DNA from: Candidatus Woesearchaeota archaeon
GTDB lineage: Archaea; Nanobdellota; Nanobdellia; Woesearchaeales; UBA9642
Assembly (NCBI GenBank): GCA_041658255.1
Contig: JBBAAQ010000001.1
Span: 100,368-164,367, forward strand
Length of the DNA: 64,000 bases
Direction: 5' to 3'
Both the position numbers and the translations under genes were made by a program. The notes under the pieces were generated by a model, which saw only the letters and a list, made by a program, of their open reading frames with translations, did no database searches and had not been told where the DNA came from. Below, piece by piece: positions 10,691-20,422 of the stretch (its first letter is position 1; every line of letters begins with the position of its first letter).

Positions 10691-12861
10691 GTGATCATGT
10701 GGCCACGATGAACGATAAGACAACTATCGATACGCTTATCGAACAGACAAAGAAGGAACAAGAGCAGAAACGTATTAATTTTGTCGTTGCAGCATTAAAT
10801 AAGCTTAAAGATCAGTTTCAGATTTCAGAAAAATTCATCAAGGAACCGATTCAGAACAGTATTGATGCAGGCGCAAGCCGGATTGATATTACTGATCAGT
10901 ATGATACTGAGAAAAATCTCGGATATATCACTATTCAGGATAACGGAAGCGGCATGAGCGAGAAAACCATTCGCGAGTACCTCCTTAATAAGTTTGACAG
11001 TTCTAAGGATGCGGATATCACCAAAATCGGCAGATTCGGTGTAGGATTTGTGTCGCTTTTTGCACAGGACGATCTTGAACGCGTGATTGTACAGACAAAT
11101 GACGGTAAAGAAGAACATCGTGTCGTACTCCTCCCCCCAAAATACGGCTGGAAGGGAACTATCTTTAAAAAGAAGGGGACCATTTTGGCATCTGATCGTG
11201 GAACAACAGTCACGTTGGAGATAGCATCGAAAAAAACCGCATTTGAAGGCACCATCAAAAAAGTCTACACTGATATCGATAATTCTTGCGCGTATACTAC
11301 CGCACCACTCTTCGTACAGGGAAAACAGGCCAATAAAGAGTTTAATATCCCTGATGCAATCTACCAGATGCGTTTTGGAGGATCTGAAATTGAAGGAGTG
11401 ATAGGATATACCACTGATACTGCAGCAACATTCAGTGCCTTTTTCAATAGGCGGCTTCTGGTATCGCATGAATTTGTCCCATTGTTCTCTGAACATAAGG
11501 ACCTTTCCGTCATGGTAAGTTCGTCCTATATTGATTATAATATTTCCCGTGATAAAATTATTAAAAATAAGAAATATGCGCAGATTGTCAATCTTGTCAA
11601 AAAGAAACACGACCAGATCATCTTTTCCATGATGCGTGATATTGAATCAGAAATCAATTATGGTATCGAGGAAAGACCAGTATACCGCTCTGAACCTGAT
11701 TATTCTAAACTTCCGGATTCTCCCGGTTCTTTTTTCAATAATCTTTCATCCAACTTTACACTCACTTCATCGAATAATTGGTCATTACGGAAAAGTAATA
11801 TCGTGACCTATGAGAAATCGCTGGTGTTTACCGGCAACCAGTTTAAATTCAATAAAATAATCGGGTATGTTGAGAAATCACTGGAAAAAGAAAAAGAGCA
11901 TCGTCCGGCGCGCTCAAAGATAAAAAGGGCGTTTCATCGGATCAAAAGGCGTTTTACAAAAGATCTTGACCAGATGCTGGGGTCTCTTTCTGACGAAGTG
12001 CGTGAAACGAAATTATTTACTGCGATTAAGTACATAAATAAAGCTCCACGATTTCAGAAAGTCTCTCTTAATGAAATTATGGACCAGGCGCTCCAGTATA
12101 AAGGCATTCTTGCTGCCAATCAATATGATACATTAAAACTCAGCGAAGTATCCCTCGAGTTCTTGCGGTCAGGAAAAATACTTATTCCCGATGTTCTTTC
12201 ATTTCATGATCCGCAAAATAAACTGCTTTCAAAATTCGGGTCGTATATTAACGTTGACCGCGCATATTCGGCACCCAGTTATGAAAACGAACAGTTTCTT
12301 GAAGAATCAGAAAAGAATTTTCTGGCTGCATTTCGCACGATTGTCGATAAAAGTCCATTAAGAAAACATATCGGCGCAGTGGCGTATGGTCGCAATCTCT
12401 CAAAAGAAAAGCCTTATGATATTGATACCGTATATAATACCATCGGCAAAAAATCTGTTTATGCAATGAAACAATCATGGAAGAGTCGCTTGTCTGGAAC
12501 ATTTCTGGACCGTAAAACGATGTTTCTGAACAGGACGAATGGATATATGCAAAAAGCGATCCAATTCAGTTCAGGGAACGATTATTCATTCCTTTCCTAT
12601 GTTTCTTTACTTAACTCTCTTGCGTATGAATTGATTCCTGAGGACAAGAAAATAACCCGAAAAATGGAAAACTTTGTTGCGACCTATTTCAAAGAGGATA
12701 TCTCCCGAAAAGATTCGCTTTTGGATGAACTTGATCCGGCGGCAGGCACTGCGACAGAAGCAGTCCCGCCTTCACTCTCAGATGGACTTACCGCAGGAGA
12801 CAGAGCCGAGATTTTACAAAAAGGACTTGTTCCCTCAAAGACTTATGATGATGACTGGTGA
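10687..12861 (+). CDS. island gene 6, GHKL (Hsp90/MORC-like) ATPase
   Basis: N-box EPIQNSIDAGA, G1 IQDNGSGMS, G2 IGRFGVGF, G3 GTTVTL, then an S5-like transducer region (NISRD). Confidence 0.88.
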   Translation: MSDHVATMNDKTTIDTLIEQTKKEQEQKRINFVVAALNKLKDQFQISEKFIKEPIQNSIDAGASRIDITDQYDTEKNLGYITIQDNGSGMSEKTIREYLLNKFDSSKDADITKIGRFGVGFVSLFAQDDLERVIVQTNDGKEEHRVVLLPPKYGWKGTIFKKKGTILASDRGTTVTLEIASKKTAFEGTIKKVYTDIDNSCAYTTAPLFVQGKQANKEFNIPDAIYQMRFGGSEIEGVIGYTTDTAATFSAFFNRRLLVSHEFVPLFSEHKDLSVMVSSSYIDYNISRDKIIKNKKYAQIVNLVKKKHDQIIFSMMRDIESEINYGIEERPVYRSEPDYSKLPDSPGSFFNNLSSNFTLTSSNNWSLRKSNIVTYEKSLVFTGNQFKFNKIIGYVEKSLEKEKEHRPARSKIKRAFHRIKRRFTKDLDQMLGSLSDEVRETKLFTAIKYINKAPRFQKVSLNEIMDQALQYKGILAANQYDTLKLSEVSLEFLRSGKILIPDVLSFHDPQNKLLSKFGSYINVDRAYSAPSYENEQFLEESEKNFLAAFRTIVDKSPLRKHIGAVAYGRNLSKEKPYDIDTVYNTIGKKSVYAMKQSWKSRLSGTFLDRKTMFLNRTNGYMQKAIQFSSGNDYSFLSYVSLLNSLAYELIPEDKKITRKMENFVATYFKEDISRKDSLLDELDPAAGTATEAVPPSLSDGLTAGDRAEILQKGLVPSKTYDDDW

Positions 12862-15800
12862 CGATCATGAAAAAAATAACTAAACGCAAAACCGTCAAAC
12901 AACAGGAAACCTCCGATGGAGAATCAAACAGCGGATCAGATACTCTTGATGTGCTTGTTGATGATGGGTTTCAGCAGGTTGGCGGGGGAGATGATGATTT
13001 TATATGGAAAATCAATCAGGAAAAGATGCAATTAAAGACAACTGCAGCGCTCCTTCCTGACCCGAATGATTATATTCTTGAGTTGTTTTCTTTTGTCCAC
13101 AACACCTCACCATCAAAAATTAAAGTAAAGACAAAATATTCGCAAACAGAAATCGTCGGCGATGGTCATGGTTTTGACCTTGCAGATCTGGATTCGTTGA
13201 TGTCGGTCTTTTTTGTCGTTCCTGATGATAGTGCAGATCTCTATAAACGATTCGGAGGACTCGCGACCGCCATCTACTCTGCAATCAACACCTCTGCATC
13301 TAAGATCGTGATTGAGACGAGAAAAGACAATGTTTCTCTGCGGTATACGGTTCGGGCAGGAACATATAATGCAGCCAATCTGAATGAGCGCATAAATTCT
13401 ATTCGATTCGGAGAAAATAAGATCTCTTTTACTCATGATGAAAAATCAAGTGTGAAAAGCGGCGTGAAAATCACTGTTTCAAAAAATGTTCCGCTCAAAA
13501 ACAAAATTATTGATATTGTCCGATTTAATACCAAAGGCATTGAATTTAACAAAATAAAAAATTATTGCGCGCAGTCGCTTACGCCCACTTTTTTGAATAA
13601 TGTTGATATCTGGGATCGGGGGTCTCTGGAAAAAACTGCTTTTTCCGCCAGAACTTTTTTTACTTCTTCCAATAAATTAGAAAAATATGAATTGAAGATT
13701 ACGGAAAAGAAATTTAATGCAATACTCTGGCTTGATTCCCGTAAATATATAAATAAATTAACACTTCTCCGGTCAGGAGTCAATCATCCTTTTGATGATT
13801 CTAATGTTTATGCGATGGTTCCGCCCTTTCCCGAATCAAATCTCATCCTCGATAGTCCGTATTTCCAGGTGCACATGGATAAGTCGGGAAAACTGAAGGA
13901 GATCCCTTACCTGGCGCGTGATTTTACAAATCCATTAGAAAAACATTTTTCTGAGTTATACACCCAGATCATCAATGATTTCATTCCTCTTGCGGATAAA
14001 AAATCTTCAAAGGATTTTTCTTATGAAGATCATAGCAACTATAATCTTCTTGAGCCGCTCATTCATGAGATGATACGGCGTATGGACCATAACTTTATTG
14101 TTGATAAAGACAAGTATCCTGCTGATGATTACCGAAAAAAATTATTAGACCTGCCGCTCATCAAAATCATAACCAACCCTACTGCTCCCGACGAATATAT
14201 CTCATTTAATACACTTCTTGATACTTATAAGTCTAAACAAATCTATACTACCGGCAGGACCTTTCCCGTGCTATCTCCTGATTGGAATGAGGGCAATTTA
14301 TTGTGCAGAACTGATAATCTTTTGAAACGATTCTGCGAAGAACATGCTGTTCCGTTTCAGGATTATGATGAGATAGTTAATGCGCGGAACGCAGATCAGC
14401 GGAATAAAGAGAATCTTGAACGTAAAATTCTCAAAGAACAGCTAAAAGAGCAGAAAAAAACAGAATTCAAAAAAAAGAGAAACGCATTTTCTGAATTACT
14501 GTCATATCTTTTTAAGTGGAGTAATAATTCTACAAAAAAATCACGGGGTAATGTTTCTGTAGGCGATTCATTAAGTACTATTGTCAGTGGTGCGGGATTA
14601 ACCACTATTGGTACGGTGAGTATGGTAGGTGCAGGTCTCATCATGCTCCCGGTACTTGCTCCTCTGGCTGTTCTCTGTTCAGTAGCATATTTGGGGAAAA
14701 AAGGTAAAGAGTACGCTGCTCCGCATGCACTGTCGTTTTACACAAAGGCTCAGCAGTTCTATGCTGCGCATCTTGAAGAGAGAGTGCAAAAAACAAAGCT
14801 TTCATTCTCTGCAAAATATACTGCATTCAAGACAGGATATCGTCAGATGAAAACTCGTACCGGAACAAAAATATCACATGTCTATGATAGCGCAAGTCAT
14901 GCAGTTACAAAAACAACCAGTGCCATAGGTTCAACTGTTGCTTCAGGAGTTACTTATGTCTCGACAAAGGCCTATCATGCAGGATCAGCATGTATCCGGC
15001 CAGTTGCCCGTGCAGGTTCCTTTGTGTATTCTGAAACAATTCAGGGAATATCCGGAATGTATTCTGCGACAAGTGATGCATTTGTTTCGCTGAAAGAAGG
15101 ATATGCTCAATTTCGCCGTGATCGCAAAGAACGATTCAAAACTAATCGCATGTTGCGGACCCAGCGTGAAAAGGAGAAGATATCAGCATATGAAGCGCTT
15201 CATCCTGAAGAATCTTCTACAGAAAAAGCGCGGATACAGCGAGAGAAACGCGCTGAAAAAGACAGGCGATCAATTGAAAAACAAACGAAGAGATTAGAGA
15301 GGAAACAAGCGCGCGAAAATTTGCGGGAAAAGTCCCGGGAAGAACGCAAGAAATTAAGAAGAGATGCGCAATTAAAAGAAGAGCAGGAATTAATCGACAA
15401 ATATAATGTTCTTAAAGATCAGCATATTACAGGCGCAAAATCTATTTTTGACGCATACACCAAAGTGGTGGACAAATATGGCGTACTGAGAAACATATTC
15501 CCAAAATTTGGCTTTGCGCTGGCCAAATATCCACGGATGGATCCTAAGACAAAAAATGTCATGTTTGAAGATAAATTCTTTTTTTCTTCAAAAAAATCTG
15601 CGATGTATCCCAATTCCAATCAGCCATATACGATCAGTCTTCCCGAAGGGCTTTCGCTGTTACATCGCGATAGAACATATCAAGAGCCTCGGACTACCGG
15701 AAGGGCAGAAGTCTACGTTGACACCCGTTCAAAAGAAAATCTTGAGTATGGAAAAGCAATCGGGTCAAGAAAAGGATTTTTTGCATTAGCGCCGTATATT

Positions 15801-16190
15801 ATCGGCTTATTTGATCATGAGAAGAATCTTCGTTATTCGACTCAGGATAGGACAGAAACACTTTCTTTTTATGATTCGCGGATGAAAGATTCATATACGC
15901 AGTATAAACGGGCGTTTGATAATGAGACCCCATTAAGCATGTTGGTCCTTGACTTTTATGGAAAAGTTTTTGAGGAGATCAAAGATGCAAAAGTATATCA
16001 CGCCATTGATCTCTATCATGCAGGCAATGAAACCGCATTCATCCAGACTTTTGAAAAGCTTTCTGATGAAGAGGTCAGAAAAACAATTAAGAAATTGGTG
16101 CGGATGGATACGCCAAACCAGACTATTGATGCATATGTGGCAAATAAATGTTCTGGTCTTATTGAAGAAATCGGCAGAGCAGAGATATAA
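12858..16190 (+). CDS. island gene 7, large protein with degenerate GHKL-like N-terminus, TM segment and coiled coil
   Basis: DYILELFSF..KIKV..VGDGHGFD..GGLATAIYSA..GVKITV echoes GHKL boxes without the N-box Asn; hydrophobic segment ~14580-14700; R/E/K-rich coiled coil; GTGA overlap with gene 6. Confidence 0.65.
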   Translation: MTIMKKITKRKTVKQQETSDGESNSGSDTLDVLVDDGFQQVGGGDDDFIWKINQEKMQLKTTAALLPDPNDYILELFSFVHNTSPSKIKVKTKYSQTEIVGDGHGFDLADLDSLMSVFFVVPDDSADLYKRFGGLATAIYSAINTSASKIVIETRKDNVSLRYTVRAGTYNAANLNERINSIRFGENKISFTHDEKSSVKSGVKITVSKNVPLKNKIIDIVRFNTKGIEFNKIKNYCAQSLTPTFLNNVDIWDRGSLEKTAFSARTFFTSSNKLEKYELKITEKKFNAILWLDSRKYINKLTLLRSGVNHPFDDSNVYAMVPPFPESNLILDSPYFQVHMDKSGKLKEIPYLARDFTNPLEKHFSELYTQIINDFIPLADKKSSKDFSYEDHSNYNLLEPLIHEMIRRMDHNFIVDKDKYPADDYRKKLLDLPLIKIITNPTAPDEYISFNTLLDTYKSKQIYTTGRTFPVLSPDWNEGNLLCRTDNLLKRFCEEHAVPFQDYDEIVNARNADQRNKENLERKILKEQLKEQKKTEFKKKRNAFSELLSYLFKWSNNSTKKSRGNVSVGDSLSTIVSGAGLTTIGTVSMVGAGLIMLPVLAPLAVLCSVAYLGKKGKEYAAPHALSFYTKAQQFYAAHLEERVQKTKLSFSAKYTAFKTGYRQMKTRTGTKISHVYDSASHAVTKTTSAIGSTVASGVTYVSTKAYHAGSACIRPVARAGSFVYSETIQGISGMYSATSDAFVSLKEGYAQFRRDRKERFKTNRMLRTQREKEKISAYEALHPEESSTEKARIQREKRAEKDRRSIEKQTKRLERKQARENLREKSREERKKLRRDAQLKEEQELIDKYNVLKDQHITGAKSIFDAYTKVVDKYGVLRNIFPKFGFALAKYPRMDPKTKNVMFEDKFFFSSKKSAMYPNSNQPYTISLPEGLSLLHRDRTYQEPRTTGRAEVYVDTRSKENLEYGKAIGSRKGFFALAPYIIGLFDHEKNLRYSTQDRTETLSFYDSRMKDSYTQYKRAFDNETPLSMLVLDFYGKVFEEIKDAKVYHAIDLYHAGNETAFIQTFEKLSDEEVRKTIKKLVRMDTPNQTIDAYVANKCSGLIEEIGRAEI

Positions 16191-16249
16191 AAGTATTATC
16201 TTAAGATATACGCATCACATTGTGTTCTCTCACTCATCAATCTTTGCAC

Positions 16250-16537
16250 TCTCGGCAGACTTGATTTTTGCAATCCTCGGATTACGATCACTCTACTTTG
16301 TCATTGCAAAAGTGCATGATATCTTTCATTATCTGCAGTATGGGCTTGCATTCATCCTCGTCTTTATTGGTATGAAAATATTGATTAAGGATTTTATTGA
16401 CATCCCCATCAGCGGTAGCACTTGGTCTGGTATTCTTCACTTTGTTCGTTGCAATTATCGCTTCGATCGTGTTTCCGAGGAATGTTGTAAAGAAAGAAGT
16501 GAAGATCGAAAAGAAAAAGAAGAGACAACAACACTAA
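16250..16537 (+). pseudogene. terC: TerC/Alx family membrane protein, C-terminal remnant with frameshift
   Basis: DLIFAILGLRSLYFVIAKVHDIFHYLQYGLAFILVFIGMKIL..IPI, then after a frameshift near 16413 VALGLVFFTLFVAIIASIVFP..*; 'IFAILGLRSLYF' is the TerC signature. Confidence 0.85.
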
Positions 16538-18508
16538 TCATTCCTCCTTCATATCGACGCCATACACATTTCGTATCTTACTCATCTTTTGTATTAATGC
16601 AGCAATGTCTTTCTCAGGATTCTCTTCGATACCAATGGTGATGACTGCATGGTCTGATTTGCCGAATTTGGTATTGATGGTCTTGACATTAAATTTTTCT
16701 TTCGCAATAAGGGTGAGTATCTCTGCAAGCAGGCCGATGCGATCAACCACATTGACGTGAAGATTATGGATCTCCAGTACACTCTCGCTCACCTGTGGTT
16801 TGATTTCTGATTTTGCATCATAGGCGTGCAGATTGATACAATCAGCCTTATGAATGGCAATCTTTCCATCCCGGGTCTTGAATGCACGGATTTTATCACC
16901 CATTTTTGGATTGCAACATTTTGGGATCTTCACATTAGGGACTTTTCCATTATAGAGGATGTTTCCATCCTTAAATTCGAGTCCGCGCGTCTTAGACCTT
17001 TCTAATCCCTGATTACGTTTAACTTTATCCGGAGGTTTTGGTGCTTGTTCGTATTCGATGCCGAGTGCCTTCTTGATCTTGACCTTGGTCGATGCACTCT
17101 TCACAAAACTGAGCCATGCACGTGAGGGCATGACATTCTTTTGTGTAATGATCTCAACAATATCTCCTGAAGATAATTTATGATCGAGCGGTACAATGAT
17201 TCCATTCACTTTTGCAGATTTGCAATGAGTGCCTACATCACTATGGACTGCATACGCAAAATCAACTGGTGTCGCGCCTTCAGGGAGTGCAATCGTATCA
17301 CCCTTGGGTGTGAATACAAAAATCTCTTTCTGGAATAAATCCACTTTCAATAATTCTACAAATTCATGGGCGTCTGCAGATTTTTGGCGCCAATTAATGA
17401 TTTGTTTAAGCCATTCGAGTCGTCGATCAAACCGCTTATCCTGCTCCTGCTCCTTATACCGCCAATGCGCAGCGATTCCTTCCTCTGCAGCAAAATGCAT
17501 CTCTTGGGTTCGTATCTGTACTTCAAGGATTCGTCCATGACTGCCACGTACCGTGGTATGGAGTGATTGGTAATTATTAGATTTTGGGGTCGCAATATAA
17601 TCCTTGAATTTTTTTGGGATAGGTTTCCATATCTTGTGCACAATGCCGAGTGCGGCGTAACATTCTGCAACAGTACTCACAATGATGCGTATGGCATTTA
17701 AATCATAGATCTCTGAGAATTCCTTATTATCAGTTTTCATCTTCTTATAGATGCTGTAGAAATGTTTTGCCCGTCCATACACTTCAGCTTCAATACCGCC
17801 ATCCTTGAGTGCTTGCCTGATCTCTTTGATGATAATTTCAATCTGTTTTTCGCGCTCGTCACGTTTGAGCGAAATCTTGTTCTTGAAATCCGTATAGATT
17901 TCAGGTTCAAGGAATCGGAATGAGATATCTTCAAGTTCAGATTTTACAGAATTCATCCCAAGCTTATGGGCGATGGGTGCGTAGATATCCATGGTTTCCT
18001 GCGCAACAGTTTTTTGTTTATCCCGCGACCGGTACTTGAGTGTGCGCATATTATGTAAACGGTCAGCAAGTTTGATGATGATGACACGAACATCCTTGGC
18101 TGTTGCGAGAATGATTTTACGGATATTTTCTGAACGCATATCGCTGGGTTCATATATCCGTGATTTCTCATCAATCTTTTTTAATTTAGTCAGTGAGATG
18201 ATGAGTTCAACTGTTTCCTTATCAAACTCCTTTTGGATGGTTGTGGCAGTCACTGGCGTGTCTTCAATAACATCATGGAGTAATGCTGCAGCAATCGAAT
18301 GATAATCCATCTTGAATTCTGCAACAGTCATGGCAGTATTATAACAATGCGTAAAATATTCATCACCGGATTCACGTTTCTGTCCTTTATGCGCGTCATA
18401 AGCGAATCGTACTGCCTTCTCAACGAATTTAAGGTCTGCCTTCGGATTATAGGATTCAACTTTCTTAAGCAGTACGAGAGTCTGCTGTTTAAGTTCTTCA
18501 TCAGTCAT
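16538..18508 (-). CDS. rel: long RelA/SpoT homologue, bifunctional (p)ppGpp synthetase/hydrolase
   Basis: HD domain (LLHDVIEDT, KLADRLHNMRT), synthetase (GRAKHFYSIYKKM, KDYIATPK, YQSLHT, EVQIRT), TGS (TPVDFAYAVH), CC..IHK.DC and C-terminal ACT (DRIGLL). Confidence 0.93.
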   Translation of the reverse strand: MTDEELKQQTLVLLKKVESYNPKADLKFVEKAVRFAYDAHKGQKRESGDEYFTHCYNTAMTVAEFKMDYHSIAAALLHDVIEDTPVTATTIQKEFDKETVELIISLTKLKKIDEKSRIYEPSDMRSENIRKIILATAKDVRVIIIKLADRLHNMRTLKYRSRDKQKTVAQETMDIYAPIAHKLGMNSVKSELEDISFRFLEPEIYTDFKNKISLKRDEREKQIEIIIKEIRQALKDGGIEAEVYGRAKHFYSIYKKMKTDNKEFSEIYDLNAIRIIVSTVAECYAALGIVHKIWKPIPKKFKDYIATPKSNNYQSLHTTVRGSHGRILEVQIRTQEMHFAAEEGIAAHWRYKEQEQDKRFDRRLEWLKQIINWRQKSADAHEFVELLKVDLFQKEIFVFTPKGDTIALPEGATPVDFAYAVHSDVGTHCKSAKVNGIIVPLDHKLSSGDIVEIITQKNVMPSRAWLSFVKSASTKVKIKKALGIEYEQAPKPPDKVKRNQGLERSKTRGLEFKDGNILYNGKVPNVKIPKCCNPKMGDKIRAFKTRDGKIAIHKADCINLHAYDAKSEIKPQVSESVLEIHNLHVNVVDRIGLLAEILTLIAKEKFNVKTINTKFGKSDHAVITIGIEENPEKDIAALIQKMSKIRNVYGVDMKEE

Positions 18509-18530
18509 ACGATACAGAGAAGGAGTGACG

Positions 18531-18580
18531 GATATTTAATGTTTGTGGTTTAATTCATGATGTATTCGGAAGATTTACGG
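18531..18580 (-). repeat. degenerate copy of the adk 3' end (copy 3)
   Basis: 42/50 identical to 18992-19041; reads IFRIHHELNHKH* on the minus strand. Confidence 0.7.
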
Positions 18581-18624
18581 ATGTACTTTGTGCGGGCATA
18601 TAAGAATATGCGTACACATATATT

Positions 18625-18981
18625 TTATAGAATTACTTTTCTTTTATCTAAATCAAAGACCCCATTTACAGTGATGAGAATGGCATCTTTAACAGTATAC
18701 CCGTTGTTTTTTTTAGTGCAGATATCTATATATTTTCCAGAAGAATAAATTTTTACTTCGCCTTTGATGCGATAATATCCGCCTATGACACAGATATGTT
18801 TATTTTTTTTAAGATTTTGGATTGTGGTTTTCATCTGACAGTTGGCAACAAGCAATTTGCCGTCTATGAATCCTGTCGAGATAACAATATTTGCGTTAGG
18901 GATGCCCTTTTTTGACGATGTTGCAAGCACGAGCTCCTTTCCTTCTTTAAAATTATTTTTCCAATCCATGATTATGACCAC
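18625..18981 (-). CDS. pyridoxamine 5'-phosphate oxidase-like FMN-binding protein
   Basis: VLATSSKKGIPN, KTIQNLKKNKHICV and YRIKGEV split-barrel motifs. Confidence 0.8.
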   Translation of the reverse strand: MVIIMDWKNNFKEGKELVLATSSKKGIPNANIVISTGFIDGKLLVANCQMKTTIQNLKKNKHICVIGGYYRIKGEVKIYSSGKYIDICTKKNNGYTVKDAILITVNGVFDLDKRKVIL

Positions 18982-18991
18982 TAAATCTACA

Positions 18992-19041
18992 GATATTTAA
19001 TGTTTGTGGTTCAATCCATCAAGAATCCGGAAGATTTCCGA
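18992..19041 (-). repeat. copy of the adk 3' end (copy 2)
   Basis: 19010-19041 is 31/32 identical to 20436-20467 inside adk; reads SEIFRILDGLNHKH*. Confidence 0.85.
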
Positions 19042-19072
19042 TGATACTCGCGACTTGACGCTCAAGACATTT

Positions 19073-20362
19073 TCACCGAAGCTGCATCAGAAAGTTATTA
19101 TTAAGATTTTTCAGGTTTGTAAGCACAATCTCTTCTATCAGGGAGGAGAATTTTTTATCATCACGCTTTTTCGACCGTTTAGTCAAATCAAGATAGGAAT
19201 CAAAATATCCTATAGGTAATTCCAAAACCAGGATATTATGCATCCGCAATATATGCAGCATCAATAATCGCGAGATTCGGCTGTTGCCGTCCCGGAATGG
19301 GTGTATTCTTTGGAATTCGTTATGAAAGAATGCTGCAAAAGATATTATTTCTGCAATATTCTTTTTCGTGCTTTCAAATAAGATATACTCTTTCATGAGT
19401 TTATCGATTTTTCTTTCTACATCTTTCCAATCACTCGTCTCAAATAAGGGATTTTTTTTTATGAACACATTTTCTTTTCTGAATGTTCCGGCGAACCCTT
19501 TTCCATTCATTGCAGTTGCATGATAGTGTAATATGAGCGCGGTGCTCAGTACAATTTTATTTTTCGAGTTTATGATCATCTGTTCTATGGCTCTCTTATA
19601 ATTGAGTGTCTCTTCGATGAACTCTGCCTTTTGATCTTCTGGCACAATATTTTTTATGAGTAATTTTTCTGTTTCAGGAAGCGTTAATGGATTACCTTCG
19701 AGGCTGAGACTTGAATAGATAAATCCTATCTCCCGATGTTTTTCTTGAATATCAAGGGATTGACTATCTATTCGCATGTTGCGACGGTATCTTTTGAGTT
19801 CACGTGTGATATCTACTATGTGTGAGCGGTTCTTTTCTTTGTAAAACTCTGTTTTTATGTTGAAATAGTTAAGGATCTTTTTTATGTATTCACTCTTCAA
19901 CAATTTGCATTTCAAAGGATTTCTCGATACGATGATGAGAAGGCCATATGTCGATAATGCATCAGTATAAAATCGGAATGTTTCGGGATGGATTTTAATA
20001 TCGTTTATGGTGAAGAATTCCTTTTTTGCCGCATATTTTAAAAAATAGAGCATCTTGGACTTGAATAGGATGTTATAGTTGATGCTGTTTCGTAAAGAGA
20101 AGGAGATAAGATTGAATAATTCTTGCGTAGATGTTGCATTGACTATGACGATATGCTTGCCGCTTCTTTTTACTAAATTCTTTTTTTCAAGAAGTAATAT
20201 GTTATTGAATATGTTCGGGTATTCCTTCCGGTCTTTGCCGAGTTCTCTAATTATTTCATTTACACGTATTTTTCCATTCTTTGCCACAATGTAAAATACA
20301 TCATAAGGCGAGACCATGATAGTTATACGTGATGCAACTTTAAAAAGGTTTCTATTTTCCAC
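19073..20362 (-). CDS. Fic domain protein with N-terminal wHTH-like region
   Basis: SSLSLEGNPLT and HPFRDGNSRISR Fic motif. Confidence 0.88.
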   Translation of the reverse strand: MENRNLFKVASRITIMVSPYDVFYIVAKNGKIRVNEIIRELGKDRKEYPNIFNNILLLEKKNLVKRSGKHIVIVNATSTQELFNLISFSLRNSINYNILFKSKMLYFLKYAAKKEFFTINDIKIHPETFRFYTDALSTYGLLIIVSRNPLKCKLLKSEYIKKILNYFNIKTEFYKEKNRSHIVDITRELKRYRRNMRIDSQSLDIQEKHREIGFIYSSLSLEGNPLTLPETEKLLIKNIVPEDQKAEFIEETLNYKRAIEQMIINSKNKIVLSTALILHYHATAMNGKGFAGTFRKENVFIKKNPLFETSDWKDVERKIDKLMKEYILFESTKKNIAEIISFAAFFHNEFQRIHPFRDGNSRISRLLMLHILRMHNILVLELPIGYFDSYLDLTKRSKKRDDKKFSSLIEEIVLTNLKNLNNNFLMQLR

Positions 20363-20422
20363 ATTATATTTAAGAATCGTAAATAAAAAGTGTAAAGTAG
20401 GACCGTTTCCCGCATTTTACAT

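Noticed and set aside
10825-11610. 261-aa minus-strand ORF
   Set aside because: Antisense shadow of the GHKL ATPase with no motifs
15949-16641. 230-aa ORF-track call
   Set aside because: Composite frame overlapping gene 7 and rel; only the middle is real and belongs to the terC remnant
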